Below, piece by piece: positions 19,329 to 28,122 of a DNA stretch of 64,000 nt. Made by a program: the position numbers and the translations under genes. The DNA is from a virus (lineage: Duplodnaviria > Caudoviricetes), in the IMG/VR virus record IMGVR_UViG_2667527228_000001, positions 23,736-87,735 of that record; one strand, written 5' to 3'. The first letter of the stretch is position 1. Each line of letters begins with the position of its first letter. The notes below the pieces were generated by a model that was given only the letters and a program-made list of their open reading frames with translations, made no database searches and had not been told where the DNA came from.

Positions 19329-20624
19329 ATGTCACTGAAGCTTAACGAACGCTACCCGGGTCGATTCAACAACCCATCCGCTGACTACCCACAGGGCTAT
19401 TTCAAGAACAGAACAAGCCCCACCGCGAAGGACGGTTCGTATCTTGAGCAAGATTGGGCAAACGATAAGGAAGGTTTCTTTCAGTCCTTGATTTCTGTGG
19501 CAGGGTTAGTCCCAAACGGATTGGTCGACAAGGTCGGTGCATCTCAGTATTACGATGCCTTGCTGAACGTTCTGTACGCCGCAGCCCGGAAAACCCCTGT
19601 TCTAAACGACACCGGAACTGCTGGCGTCTACGCAGCCGCGAACACCCCGGCACTTACTGCATTGCCGGCCACCGGCTATATGCAACGGGTGAAGATCGCC
19701 AACCTTAACCCAGGGGCGTCCACCTACGCACCAGACGGCCTTGCCGCTAAACCGATTTATGGCCTTGGCCTTCAGCCACTTCAGGGCGGTGAGCTTCCCG
19801 CCGGTGTGGCAGTTCTTATGTACCTGGTGCAAGCCGGCGTAAACGGCGGTAACGGGGCGTGGATTATTATCGAGTCCCTTGGCGGGGCCCAACAAGTTGC
19901 GGCGGCTACCAAGTCCCAGCATGCCATGCAGTTCGGCCAAGCCACTGGACGGCTGTTGCGCACCACGATCTACATCAACAACGGCGGTACCCTGCAAGCA
20001 TCGGTCGATGGCGGTGCGTTCGCCAACGTCAGCTCAACCTTCACACCACACCCATTGGCGTTAACCGCCGAAGGTGAGGTCCAAGGGGGTGGTGGAGGTG
20101 GGGGGAATGCCGCATCCACTGGCGCTAGCCAAGTGTCCGCCGGAGCTGGCGGTGCCGCTGGAGGATACGCGCGAAAGCGTGGAGCGATCGCCTCATTCGC
20201 TGGACAGACTATTTCGGTTGGCGCCGGTGGCTCCGCATCAGTAGGCGGGTCCAGTGCTATCGGGTTATTGGTCTCCGCTTCAGGTGGCGGGCTTGGTCAA
20301 ACCGGCGCAGCAGGCTCAGCCACGAATAATCCCTTCGGCGGATCAAATGGAGGGGTTGGGACTGGCGGGGACTTAAACGCATTGGGTGGCGGTGGAATAT
20401 ACGCGCTCTATGCCACTGCTCCTATTAGCGGAAAGGGCGGGGCTTCTCTATTCGGTGATGGTGGCCCACCTACAGGCGGTCCGCCAACCACAGGCAGCCC
20501 AGGGAACGCAGCTGTAAGTTATGGCGCTGGTGGTTCTGGAGCGGCTAATGGTGCCTCAGTGGCCACGAATAGTTTTGGCGGTGCTGGAAAAGGTGGCTTA
20601 GTAATTATTCGGGAGTACGCATAA
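19329..20624 (+). CDS. Tail fibre with Gly-rich (polyglycine) C-terminal domain
   Basis: After baseplate genes; repeated GGGG/GAGG blocks ending GGLVIIREY. Confidence 0.82.
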   Translation: MSLKLNERYPGRFNNPSADYPQGYFKNRTSPTAKDGSYLEQDWANDKEGFFQSLISVAGLVPNGLVDKVGASQYYDALLNVLYAAARKTPVLNDTGTAGVYAAANTPALTALPATGYMQRVKIANLNPGASTYAPDGLAAKPIYGLGLQPLQGGELPAGVAVLMYLVQAGVNGGNGAWIIIESLGGAQQVAAATKSQHAMQFGQATGRLLRTTIYINNGGTLQASVDGGAFANVSSTFTPHPLALTAEGEVQGGGGGGGNAASTGASQVSAGAGGAAGGYARKRGAIASFAGQTISVGAGGSASVGGSSAIGLLVSASGGGLGQTGAAGSATNNPFGGSNGGVGTGGDLNALGGGGIYALYATAPISGKGGASLFGDGGPPTGGPPTTGSPGNAAVSYGAGGSGAANGASVATNSFGGAGKGGLVIIREYA

Positions 20625-21085
20625 TGTTTAAAATTTACGCGCGGATTGATAATGGTGTGTACGTGGAGTTCATCGCTCCAGCGGACCCATATGATACTGA
20701 GGCCCCGGACTGGGAAGAGGGTGAGCCAAGCCGGATAGGGACTGAGCGACCAATTGAAGTAAGGTTCCCGGCTGAAATCGTCGCGACCATGGTCGACATA
20801 ACAGGCATGGATCCCATGCCGCAGCCAGGTTGGACGTATAACGACGGCTTGTTCGCCGGTCCGGCAACACCAGTGATTGACTACACAGCAATAAATTCGG
20901 CATTCCTGCAGCAACTTAGCATGCAGGCTTCGCAGTCCATGACGCCTTATTTTTTGGCTTTGAACCTTGGAAACGCTACGGATGAAGAGACGTTGAAAGC
21001 CAAGGAATGGCAGATGTATTACCGAGATCTTCAGGTCGTTGATATCACCGAAGAGTCGCCGGCATGGCCTGTACCACCCACTTGA
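20624..21085 (+). CDS. Tail fibre assembly chaperone (Tfa-like)
   Basis: PQPGWTY, ATDEE...WQMY...WPVPP motifs. Confidence 0.82.
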   Translation: MFKIYARIDNGVYVEFIAPADPYDTEAPDWEEGEPSRIGTERPIEVRFPAEIVATMVDITGMDPMPQPGWTYNDGLFAGPATPVIDYTAINSAFLQQLSMQASQSMTPYFLALNLGNATDEETLKAKEWQMYYRDLQVVDITEESPAWPVPPT

Positions 21086-21101
21086 TGGAATAGCAGTATC
21101 T

Positions 21102-22232
21102 TCATTCCGCCACAGTTTTTGCCTTCTGAGTTCTGCCGATTCGAATTATTCCGTTCAGGTAATCACGGCAGGGCTTTTCTACGGCCAGATGTAATCCAAT
21201 CGACATCGTTATTATCAACCCAAGAAAAAACAATTCAAATGCTATGTTCGTTAAAAGTGAGCCGGTTACTTTGCTGTCGAATATCGGCCGTGCGATAAGA
21301 TGGATCATATAGAAAGCGAACGAAGATTCTCCCAGGAACACTATCTTTTTGTTGGAGAGCGCAAGGCTCATCAGGCTTTTCTGATCCATAGCCAACGAAA
21401 AAATAAGTAAGGCGAAAACCAAGGCGTAGGCAGCGTCCCAACTATAAGCAGAGTAGAAGAGATCCTTTGAGGTCATTATCAAAAAAACGGCAGCGATGCT
21501 TACTAGTGATATCAACCGCCATACTGGTTTTTTATCGCCAGACTTCGCGTGCCTGCAAAAAAATATGGCAGCAAGCACGCCGAGGCCAAAGTCAAATACT
21601 CGGAACAATGGAAAATTATAAAGCCAACGGTGTGCAGAGTCTGGATTGGAAATCGCAAGATCATTCCGCGGCGGTAATGACAGGTAGGCTGCAAGAGAAA
21701 ATTGAACAATCACAAACAGTATCGCAAGGCCAATTATTCTGAATTTAGATTTCATAATCCCTATTTTTGTAAAAAAAACCATGATAAATGGAAATGAAAT
21801 ATAAAGGAAAAACTCTACACTTATGCTCCACGCAGGGCTATTAAGACCGCCGATCACTGGTATGTCTGGGTGCCAAGCCTGTAATGCGAACAAGTAAATA
21901 AGGATTGGGCCGTCGGCACCTTGTAGAAACCAAACGAAAGCCATTGTTATAAAATATACTGGGTATACCCTGCTAAATCTCGCCCATAAATATTTCGGAG
22001 TTTCGGCTACTGGGCTGATTTCAAATCTATTTGAGTAGTTATAAGCAATGATGAAGCCAGACAGAACGAAAAAGAAAGTAACCCCAGAGTAGCCTGATGC
22101 AAAAAATATGCTGAAGCTGTCATTAACGCCGGCAATTGGATAGTGCGAAAAGAAAACCATCAATGCCGCGAAGAAGCGTAGGCCAGTAAGAGCCGGAATA
22201 GCTTCGATTCGGTTTAATGCTGTCGGCATCAT
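21102..22232 (-). CDS. Moron: acyltransferase-3 family membrane protein (probable O-antigen/surface glycan acetylase)
   Basis: LTGLRFFAA..H, FFVLSGF, RFSRVYP, WSISVEFFLY, GESSFAFYMIH, VEKP motifs; many TM segments; AT-rich; RBS AGGAGG. Confidence 0.9.
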   Translation of the reverse strand: MMPTALNRIEAIPALTGLRFFAALMVFFSHYPIAGVNDSFSIFFASGYSGVTFFFVLSGFIIAYNYSNRFEISPVAETPKYLWARFSRVYPVYFITMAFVWFLQGADGPILIYLFALQAWHPDIPVIGGLNSPAWSISVEFFLYISFPFIMVFFTKIGIMKSKFRIIGLAILFVIVQFSLAAYLSLPPRNDLAISNPDSAHRWLYNFPLFRVFDFGLGVLAAIFFCRHAKSGDKKPVWRLISLVSIAAVFLIMTSKDLFYSAYSWDAAYALVFALLIFSLAMDQKSLMSLALSNKKIVFLGESSFAFYMIHLIARPIFDSKVTGSLLTNIAFELFFLGLIITMSIGLHLAVEKPCRDYLNGIIRIGRTQKAKTVAE

Positions 22233-22291
22233 GCCCTCCTTATTTTCGCGGGATTCTACAGCAATTCGGATTTAACAAAACGGAGAACCGT

Positions 22292-22825
22292 ATGCCCATC
22301 AATGCGCAGCAGCTGCTTCAGATTCTCCCGAACGCCGGCGCCAAAGCCGGCGTTTTTGTTCCTTTCCTCAACACGGCAATGCAGCGGCACCAGATCGTCG
22401 GCAGCAAGCGCGTTGCCGCGTTCATTGCACAGATCGGCCATGAGTCCGGTCAGTTGCGCTACGTCCGTGAGATCTGGGGGCCGACCCCGGCCCAGACGAA
22501 GTACGAGGGGCGTGCGGACCTGGGCAACACAGTAATCGGCGATGGGTTCAAGTATCGCGGTCGCGGCCTGATCCAGGTGACGGGCCGGGCGAACTACGCC
22601 GCGTGCGGCGAGGCGCTGGGCGTGGACCTGGTCAAACAGCCTGAGCTGCTGGAGCAGCCGCAATACGCCTGTTTGTCGGCCGCTTGGTTCTGGGCGACGA
22701 AGGGGCTCAACACCCTGGCCGATGCCGGCGATTTCGAACGGATCACCCGACGTATCAACGGCGGGCTCAATGGACAGGCTGACAGGCTGGTTCTGTGGAA
22801 GAAAGCCACTGAGGTATTGGCATGA
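22292..22825 (+). CDS. Endolysin, glycoside hydrolase family 19
   Basis: FIAQIGHES, YRGRGLIQVTGRANY, INGGLNG motifs; RBS GGAG. Confidence 0.92.
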   Translation: MPINAQQLLQILPNAGAKAGVFVPFLNTAMQRHQIVGSKRVAAFIAQIGHESGQLRYVREIWGPTPAQTKYEGRADLGNTVIGDGFKYRGRGLIQVTGRANYAACGEALGVDLVKQPELLEQPQYACLSAAWFWATKGLNTLADAGDFERITRRINGGLNGQADRLVLWKKATEVLA

Positions 22826-23352
22826 CCTCGATCTGGCTGCGAGCCCTTCCTTATATAGTCGCGATCGCGTTGGTGCTTGGCGCGCTGTTTGCCGCCTATC
22901 AACACGGCGTGACGGTCACGGATAAGAGTTGGCAGGCCCAATGGAACGACCGCAACACCCTGGACGCCAAGGCACTCGCCGCGCGCGAGACGGCGGAGCG
23001 GGCAAAAGAGCAGGCCTACCAACAATCAATCAACAAGGCGGTACAGGATGGGCAACGCAACATCGATCAAGCGACGGCTGATGCAGCTACCGCTCGCGCT
23101 TCTGCTGACGGCCTGCGCGGGGCAGCAGACAACCTTGCCGCTCGGCTCGCAGCCAGTGAAGCCAGCGGTAATTCCTGCACTGCCGACGCAAGCAAGGCAG
23201 CTACCCGCGCCGCCGCAGTGCTCGCCGACGTGCTCAAGCGCGCTGATCAGCGAGCGGGCGATCTGGCTGCAATTGCTGACCAGGCCAGGGCCCGGGGAGT
23301 GACCTGCGAGCAGGCATATGATGGACTGATCCGTTCGTCAGCGCTTCATTGA
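22822..23352 (+). CDS. Rz: i-spanin (Rz-like)
   Basis: N-terminal TM plus coiled coil after endolysin. Confidence 0.82.
   Translation: MTSIWLRALPYIVAIALVLGALFAAYQHGVTVTDKSWQAQWNDRNTLDAKALAARETAERAKEQAYQQSINKAVQDGQRNIDQATADAATARASADGLRGAADNLAARLAASEASGNSCTADASKAATRAAAVLADVLKRADQRAGDLAAIADQARARGVTCEQAYDGLIRSSALH
23081..23302 (+). CDS. Rz1: o-spanin lipoprotein nested in Rz (+1 frame)
   Basis: Lipobox LLLTAC followed by Pro-rich chain. Confidence 0.75.
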   Translation: MQLPLALLLTACAGQQTTLPLGSQPVKPAVIPALPTQARQLPAPPQCSPTCSSALISERAIWLQLLTRPGPGE

Positions 23353-23375
23353 TCGGCTGCATATGGATTACGATA

Positions 23376-23391
23376 CTGTTTATTTATCCAG
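23376..23391. promoter_or_regulatory. LexA (SOS) box
   Basis: CTGTTTATTTATCCAG (CTG-N10-CAG) within palindrome CGATACTG..CAGTATCG, 13 nt before ATG 23405. Confidence 0.8.
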
Positions 23392-23404
23392 TATCGAGCG
23401 GGAC

Positions 23405-23704
23405 ATGTATTTCACCATTACGCGCATGAGAGACAAGGGTGTTGCCAGGGACTGGAAAGCGATCAAGCAGACGCCAGGCATCCGCGCCGACATCAACATC
23501 AGAAACGAGATGTGCGAACTTTTGAACCGAACCAGCGACATTGCCCGGCTTCGGCCGCAGGGAATGCCGCTCGACGCGGTCCCTATCCCGCCGCTGCTGG
23601 ATGCCCGAGTTTCAGGCATGGCAACCAACGCTTTCACGCTGAGCGGCCTTGAGGAAATCGACGGCTGCCTGTATGCGCAGTCGTGGTGGTGCAGGGATGT
23701 TTGA
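23405..23704 (+). CDS. Small hypothetical protein, probably SOS-inducible
   Basis: ORF behind LexA box; ends LSGLEEIDGCLYAQSWWC. Confidence 0.72.
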   Translation: MYFTITRMRDKGVARDWKAIKQTPGIRADINIRNEMCELLNRTSDIARLRPQGMPLDAVPIPPLLDARVSGMATNAFTLSGLEEIDGCLYAQSWWCRDV

Positions 23705-23727
23705 ATTTCGGCAGAACGCCGCAGGGC

Positions 23728-23761
23728 AGGGACTTTCTCGACGAAAGCCTGTAGGGACTTT
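23728..23761 (+). repeat. AGGGACTTT direct repeats, candidate integrase arm sites of prophage 1
   Basis: Copies at 23728-23736 and 23753-23761, about 100 bp left of att core. Confidence 0.5.
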
Positions 23762-23860
23762 TGCGGGGAAACGTGAAACAAAGCTGAACCACGTTGAGCA
23801 TCGATTGCAGTGGGCGCCCACGTAGAAGGTTGTTCTTTAAAGCATTTCAGCGCCCCTGCA

Positions 23861-23908
23861 AGCATGGGGTGCTAGGGGTCGAGTGTTCGAATCACTCCGT
23901 CCCGACCA
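23861..23908 (+). tRNA. 3' half of tRNA-Pro(GGG): att core (attR of prophage 1 / attL of prophage 2), not a full tRNA
   Basis: AGC-ATGGGGT-GCT anticodon arm, GAGTG-TTCGAAT-CACTC T arm, ends CCA; D arm and 5' acceptor strand absent. Confidence 0.9.
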
Positions 23909-23922
23909 TTATTCCTGAGCAA

Positions 23923-23935
23923 AATCAGACACTTA
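23923..23935 (+). promoter_or_regulatory. IHF consensus site in att arm
   Basis: AATCAGACACTTA matches WATCARNNNNTTR. Confidence 0.6.
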
Positions 23936-23961
23936 AGCCGATCAACTAGATCGGCTTTTTT
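23935..23961 (+). terminator. Terminator downstream of tRNA fragment / int
   Basis: AAGCCGATC-AACTA-GATCGGCTTTTTT. Confidence 0.8.
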
Positions 23962-23967
23962 GTGCCT

Positions 23968-23998
23968 GCGCAAAACCCGCGCAAAACTGGCGCAAAAC
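23968..23998 (+). repeat. Three GCGCAAAAC repeats at 11-bp period: integrase arm-type sites of prophage 2
   Basis: Copies start at 23968, 23979 and 23990, next to int stop codon. Confidence 0.75.
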
Positions 23999-25113
23999 TA
24001 CCCGGTGATTTCGCTGATATTCAGATCCGGAATTGCCTCGGACCAGATGACTTCTGCGTGGTCCCGCTGGTAGTTTTTGGTCATGCTCTCGCTGGCATGT
24101 CCGGCGATCTTCTGCCCGTCCTTTCCGGCTTTCTGATACAGGTGCAGCGACAATGCTCGCACTTCGTGGAAGCCCGGCATTTCTTCTTCCTTCCATCCCT
24201 TGTAACAATCCGCCGCCTCCCGAGCCTCTTTGAAGGCCCGTGTCAAATATCGCTCTTCAACCTGCGTCCAATGATCCTTCGTCTGCGCCTGTTTCTGTTT
24301 TTTGCGGTCAGGCCGGCGGTGGACCAGGTACGGGGAGACGATGTCATCCCGGCACCGGCTAATCACGGTCTGGAGTTCATCGGTCACTTTGAACCGTATC
24401 CACGCCGCATCACTGGCCTTGGCCGTCTTCTGCTGCACCACATACAGAAATCCCTCCCGAACCCCATCGAATCGCATGTTGAGGATATCTGTGCGGCGCT
24501 GCGCGGTGATCAGGGCCAGATCGATAGCGTTCTGCAGCCAGGCCGGCGACTTCTCCCGAATAGCTTTCAAGCCCTCGATGGTGTGCCGCTTGCGCTGCTT
24601 CTTCTCGATCCGGTTAATGGTGCTGGCAGCCGGGTTGTCTGGGCACAACCCCTTCGCTGCGGCATGGTTGAATATGTCGATCAGTAGGGCGCGGCACTGG
24701 TTCGCCGTGCGCGGGGTGAGGGCGTCCAGCATCTCCGCGATCATGCGGATCGTGATCTGGTCCACGGCCTTGCCTTCGAAGTGCTTCCGAAAGCGCCGGA
24801 AGTGCACCGCATACAAGCCCAAGGTGCCCTTGGCCAACTCCCGCGGCGGAAGGACGTCGCGCTCGTAAGTGTCGAGAAAACCGGTGAACAGGTCTGATGT
24901 GTTGCCCATCACAGAGCCAACCAGGTCGGCGCCACGCATGAATTCAAGATTCAGCTGTCTCGCGGCATCAATGGCTTTGAGGCGGTCGGCGCCGAACGGA
25001 AACCACTTCCCGTCGGTTGGCCGCCGGTAGCGATAGGTCGAGCGCCGCGCGTCGAAGTACAGATTCTGCGGAAGTCCCTTGTTCGCAGGGTTGCGCGGCC
25101 GTGGCACCATCAT
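23998..25113 (-). CDS. int: Tyrosine integrase (lambda-type, with N-terminal arm-binding domain)
   Basis: R (AQRRTD), K (QKT), HEVR, GH, Y catalytic residues; adjacent to att. Confidence 0.95.
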   Translation of the reverse strand: MMVPRPRNPANKGLPQNLYFDARRSTYRYRRPTDGKWFPFGADRLKAIDAARQLNLEFMRGADLVGSVMGNTSDLFTGFLDTYERDVLPPRELAKGTLGLYAVHFRRFRKHFEGKAVDQITIRMIAEMLDALTPRTANQCRALLIDIFNHAAAKGLCPDNPAASTINRIEKKQRKRHTIEGLKAIREKSPAWLQNAIDLALITAQRRTDILNMRFDGVREGFLYVVQQKTAKASDAAWIRFKVTDELQTVISRCRDDIVSPYLVHRRPDRKKQKQAQTKDHWTQVEERYLTRAFKEAREAADCYKGWKEEEMPGFHEVRALSLHLYQKAGKDGQKIAGHASESMTKNYQRDHAEVIWSEAIPDLNISEITG

Positions 25114-25322
25114 GCGGCTCCTTTCAATACCATTGCGACCAGGTCGTTGCCATTCGAGCGGCTGAATGCGTTCCAGTCAACGTACCAGAGTTTGCCGATC
25201 TGCTCGCCCGGCACCTGGCCGTTGCGTATGTGGTTGCGGATTGCCTGCGAGCAGAGCGGAGTGCCGCCTCTGCCCCAGCGCCGGCGTTGAAACTCGCTGA
25301 TCTTGATCAGTTCTTTTTTCAT
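25110..25322 (-). CDS. xis: Excisionase-like protein
   Basis: Small basic wHTH-like ORF (IRNHIRNGQVPGEQIGKLWYV) overlapping int start. Confidence 0.75.
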   Translation of the reverse strand: MKKELIKISEFQRRRWGRGGTPLCSQAIRNHIRNGQVPGEQIGKLWYVDWNAFSRSNGNDLVAMVLKGAA

Positions 25323-25358
25323 TGGGTGCTCCATGCCGCGCGTGGCGACAGTGGGTGG

Positions 25359-25976
25359 TTATTCGGTGGCTTTTGCGATCGCGGCCCGGGCTTTCGATAT
25401 CTCGGCGAGTTCGCGTTCATGCTCGGGGGTTGTGTACTTGAACTCGTTTGCCAGCAGAGTCCAACGCTCAATGGCGAACTCAAGGGCCGAGACAAGCTTT
25501 TCCCGTTGGTTCTCTAGTTTCTTCAGCGCCAGGCGGATCTGGTCGGCGTCTTCCGCCAATTCATAAGCCATGATTTCGAAGTGTTCGGCAGGCTCCCAAG
25601 GTGAGGGGATAACGTTCGTTACCCAGTCATGCCAGTGTTCAACGCTTTCACCTTGAGCGATCCGTTCCTGCTTTATACGCTCGCCCATATCGCGCAGCTC
25701 ATGTGCTCTCTGTTCGGCATCTTCCTTATTAAGGCAGGGGTACTCTTCACCCGGGCCGACGCTATGGATTGCCCAAAGCTCAACCTTCGGCTCCGCCAGT
25801 ACCTGTCGGAAAACGCAGACCTCCTGACAGAGTGAGGGGCCACCCTGGGCAATATCTGGATGGCTTTCCAGCAAGATCAGCGCCCGCTCGACACTGTTTC
25901 GGTCGAGGGTAATGACCTCGGCAGCCGGCGGAGGCGGTGCGGTCAAGGCTTCGATGATTCGTTCTATTCCGGACAT
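25359..25976 (-). CDS. Phage hypothetical protein (early-left operon)
   Basis: 205-aa ORF with RBS GAGG. Confidence 0.7.
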   Translation of the reverse strand: MSGIERIIEALTAPPPPAAEVITLDRNSVERALILLESHPDIAQGGPSLCQEVCVFRQVLAEPKVELWAIHSVGPGEEYPCLNKEDAEQRAHELRDMGERIKQERIAQGESVEHWHDWVTNVIPSPWEPAEHFEIMAYELAEDADQIRLALKKLENQREKLVSALEFAIERWTLLANEFKYTTPEHERELAEISKARAAIAKATE

Positions 25977-26107
25977 GCGAAATCCTCGCCCGCCTACACC
26001 GGCAGGCTCTTGTGTGGGGTAGGGGTTAGGCTGGGCGCTTAATTAAGATTGGGAGTTCTTTCACCATGCTACGCTCCATGAAAATAGAGAAAATTTGGGG
26101 TGGGGAT

Positions 26108-26692
26108 ATGGCCGGCCTAGAACTGACCATTTCGGATTGGATGATTGTTACCGCCACGTTGCTGGGGCCAATACTTGCGGTGCAAGCACAGAAGTGGATC
26201 GAAAGATCCAGAGAGAGCAGAGCTAGGAAACTTCAGGTATTCCATACGTTGATGGCGACGCGCGGCGCACGTCTTTCCGCCGATCATGTTCGGGGGCTGA
26301 ACATGATTGACCTGTCTTTTTACGGCTCTGTTCGATTGGGAAGGAGGTGGACCTCAAGCCGTGATCAATCCGTTCTCAATGCATGGAAGGAATATCACGA
26401 TCATCTAAGCGATTCTTCCAACCTGAATTTGAGTATGGAGGCACTTTGGGTTCAGCGCGATGAGCTGTTTGTGAACCTTCTTTTTGCGATGGGGCGGTCG
26501 CTTGGTTATCAGTTTGATCGGGTCCAATTGAAGAAGAGCTGGTACTCGCCAAACGCACATGTTCAAAACGAAGTTCGAATGGATAATCTTGTTACAGCCG
26601 CGACTGGAGTGCTTGAGGGCAGAACCCCGATACAGATTGTGCCAGGTAAATTGGAGCGCCCGAGTGGTGACGCGAATGCGACCACCCCTTGA
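26108..26692 (+). CDS. Moron: N-terminally membrane-anchored protein (DUF6680-like), antisense to PL operon
   Basis: ATLLGPILAVQ TM; VFHTLMATR...LNMIDLSF motif. Confidence 0.75.
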   Translation: MAGLELTISDWMIVTATLLGPILAVQAQKWIERSRESRARKLQVFHTLMATRGARLSADHVRGLNMIDLSFYGSVRLGRRWTSSRDQSVLNAWKEYHDHLSDSSNLNLSMEALWVQRDELFVNLLFAMGRSLGYQFDRVQLKKSWYSPNAHVQNEVRMDNLVTAATGVLEGRTPIQIVPGKLERPSGDANATTP

Positions 26693-26771
26693 CAGCCAGG
26701 GCGGCTGACTTTGAAGGGGGAGGGAGTAGAGTTGCGGGCGGAGTATAGATGTACTCCTATGCGGCTGGCGT

Positions 26772-27059
26772 TCACTTTTGCTCATGCTCCAGCTCAGAAG
26801 CGATCGCCGCTACCTCGGCGAACAGCTTCTGCTGCTTCAAGTTTCGCTCCTCGTAGATGGCTTTCAGGCTGCGATTCAAAGCGGCCAGTGCCGAAACGCG
26901 CGAGGTGTGAACCTGACTTTCATGGAGCATGTAGGTCCGGCCTGGGCCTTGGTAGCACTTCGGCCCTAAGCGGCGATTCTGATCGGCGCGTTGGTGCAAT
27001 CTGATTTCCTCGACTCGCCGCATCCGGACGTTGATCATCCAAAGCCCGGGGCTGCTCAC
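26772..27059 (-). CDS. Phage hypothetical protein
   Basis: Overlaps stop of 27056..27427; co-oriented with PL operon. Confidence 0.55.
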   Translation of the reverse strand: MSSPGLWMINVRMRRVEEIRLHQRADQNRRLGPKCYQGPGRTYMLHESQVHTSRVSALAALNRSLKAIYEERNLKQQKLFAEVAAIASELEHEQK

Positions 27060-27427
27060 GGCTTCACCATTTCGTCGGGATCGAATCCGAACCGCCGGCA
27101 GAGCGCATGCGCGACGCCGGATCCACAGCAGAAAGCGTCCTTCATCACTACCCAGCGCTGCGTGCCGCGCCGGCTGGTGCCGGTCACCATTCGAACGGCT
27201 GTACGGATAAGTTCGTGTTCGCTGAACTCGCAGCCCGACAGGGTGATTACGCGGCTTTCGGCTTGCTGCGAGGTCAGTTCATCAATCCGCTGATCCGCTG
27301 CGTTCAGGCGCAGTTGCAGGGCGTCATGCTCACGGATCGCCTGGGTATGCTTGTCTCGCCAGTACAACACCGCGTCGAGTTCTTCAGCCGCTGTGACTGG
27401 TGCTGCAGGTTTGTTTTCTGTGGGCAT
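27056..27427 (-). CDS. Phage hypothetical protein with short coiled coil
   Basis: RBS GAGG; LQLRLNAADQRIDEL motif. Confidence 0.7.
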   Translation of the reverse strand: MPTENKPAAPVTAAEELDAVLYWRDKHTQAIREHDALQLRLNAADQRIDELTSQQAESRVITLSGCEFSEHELIRTAVRMVTGTSRRGTQRWVVMKDAFCCGSGVAHALCRRFGFDPDEMVKP

Positions 27428-27474
27428 GTGATACCTCTGCGAGTATATTCGTGTCCCGACGTAGGGAGCTGTGT

Positions 27475-28110
27475 ATGGATCGAGTGATAGTTTCTGGTTG
27501 TGTTTTGTTGGTCATCTTCGGAGTTACACTCGGTGTTTCGATAAACTTTCAAAGTGGTGCAAGCGAAACAGTAAAAAGCATTTTGGATACAACCGCAGCT
27601 ATTGCAACGATAATTGCTGCAGGAGTGGCCGTATATGCTCTTACCTTGTGGAAATCAGAGTTCAGGCACGGTAAAAAATTTGAAGCCCTTGCAAGGCTTA
27701 AAGCTGCCGTTGATAGCCTAGGAGTCGCTCCGAGATTTATGCGCTACTCCATGATGCATGGCGTGCACAGTGCGAGAAGAAGAGCCCCGGAGTCACTTTT
27801 TCTAAATGAGGCTCTGAAAGGTGCTCGGGAAGCATGGAATTTAGCAGAGTCTGAATGTTTAGCTGCAATCGATGAATGCGAGTTCTTTATTGATGATTCA
27901 AAATTTCGTGAGCTTGTGATCCTGCAAATTGAACTGTATGGTTTGGTAGTCGGTTTTAAAGATGAGATGTTAGATTTAATGTTTCGAGAGGAAGAAATCG
28001 ATGAGGCTTCTATACGGCAGCAGTACGCTATTGCTGAAAAGGAGTGCAGTTTTCGCATTGAGTATTTACATGATCTTGTTAAGAGCTTGCGTGCGGGATT
28101 TCGCAAATAA
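27475..28110 (+). CDS. Moron: two-TM membrane protein with helical cytoplasmic domain
   Basis: RBS GGGAG; AT-rich; two hydrophobic N-terminal segments. Confidence 0.75.
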   Translation: MDRVIVSGCVLLVIFGVTLGVSINFQSGASETVKSILDTTAAIATIIAAGVAVYALTLWKSEFRHGKKFEALARLKAAVDSLGVAPRFMRYSMMHGVHSARRRAPESLFLNEALKGAREAWNLAESECLAAIDECEFFIDDSKFRELVILQIELYGLVVGFKDEMLDLMFREEEIDEASIRQQYAIAEKECSFRIEYLHDLVKSLRAGFRK

Positions 28111-28122
28111 GTTAGGTCAGAT

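Larger units (their letters stand above)
1..23908 (+). mobile_element. Prophage 1 (contractile-tail/myovirus-like), late region and right end; left part outside window
   Basis: Co-oriented terminase-portal-capsid-sheath-baseplate-fibre-lysis genes ending at a tRNA-Pro 3' duplication. Confidence 0.93.

Noticed and set aside
19329-21085. Tail-fibre shufflon or diversity-generating retroelement
   Set aside because: No invertase, inverted fibre cassette, reverse transcriptase or template repeat seen in the window
9675-21085. Tailocin (R-type bacteriocin) interpretation of the contractile tail genes
   Set aside because: Complete head and packaging genes and an att site are present
23861-23908. 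Functional tRNA-Pro gene
   Set aside because: Only the anticodon arm to CCA is present; upstream sequence cannot form the D arm or acceptor stem
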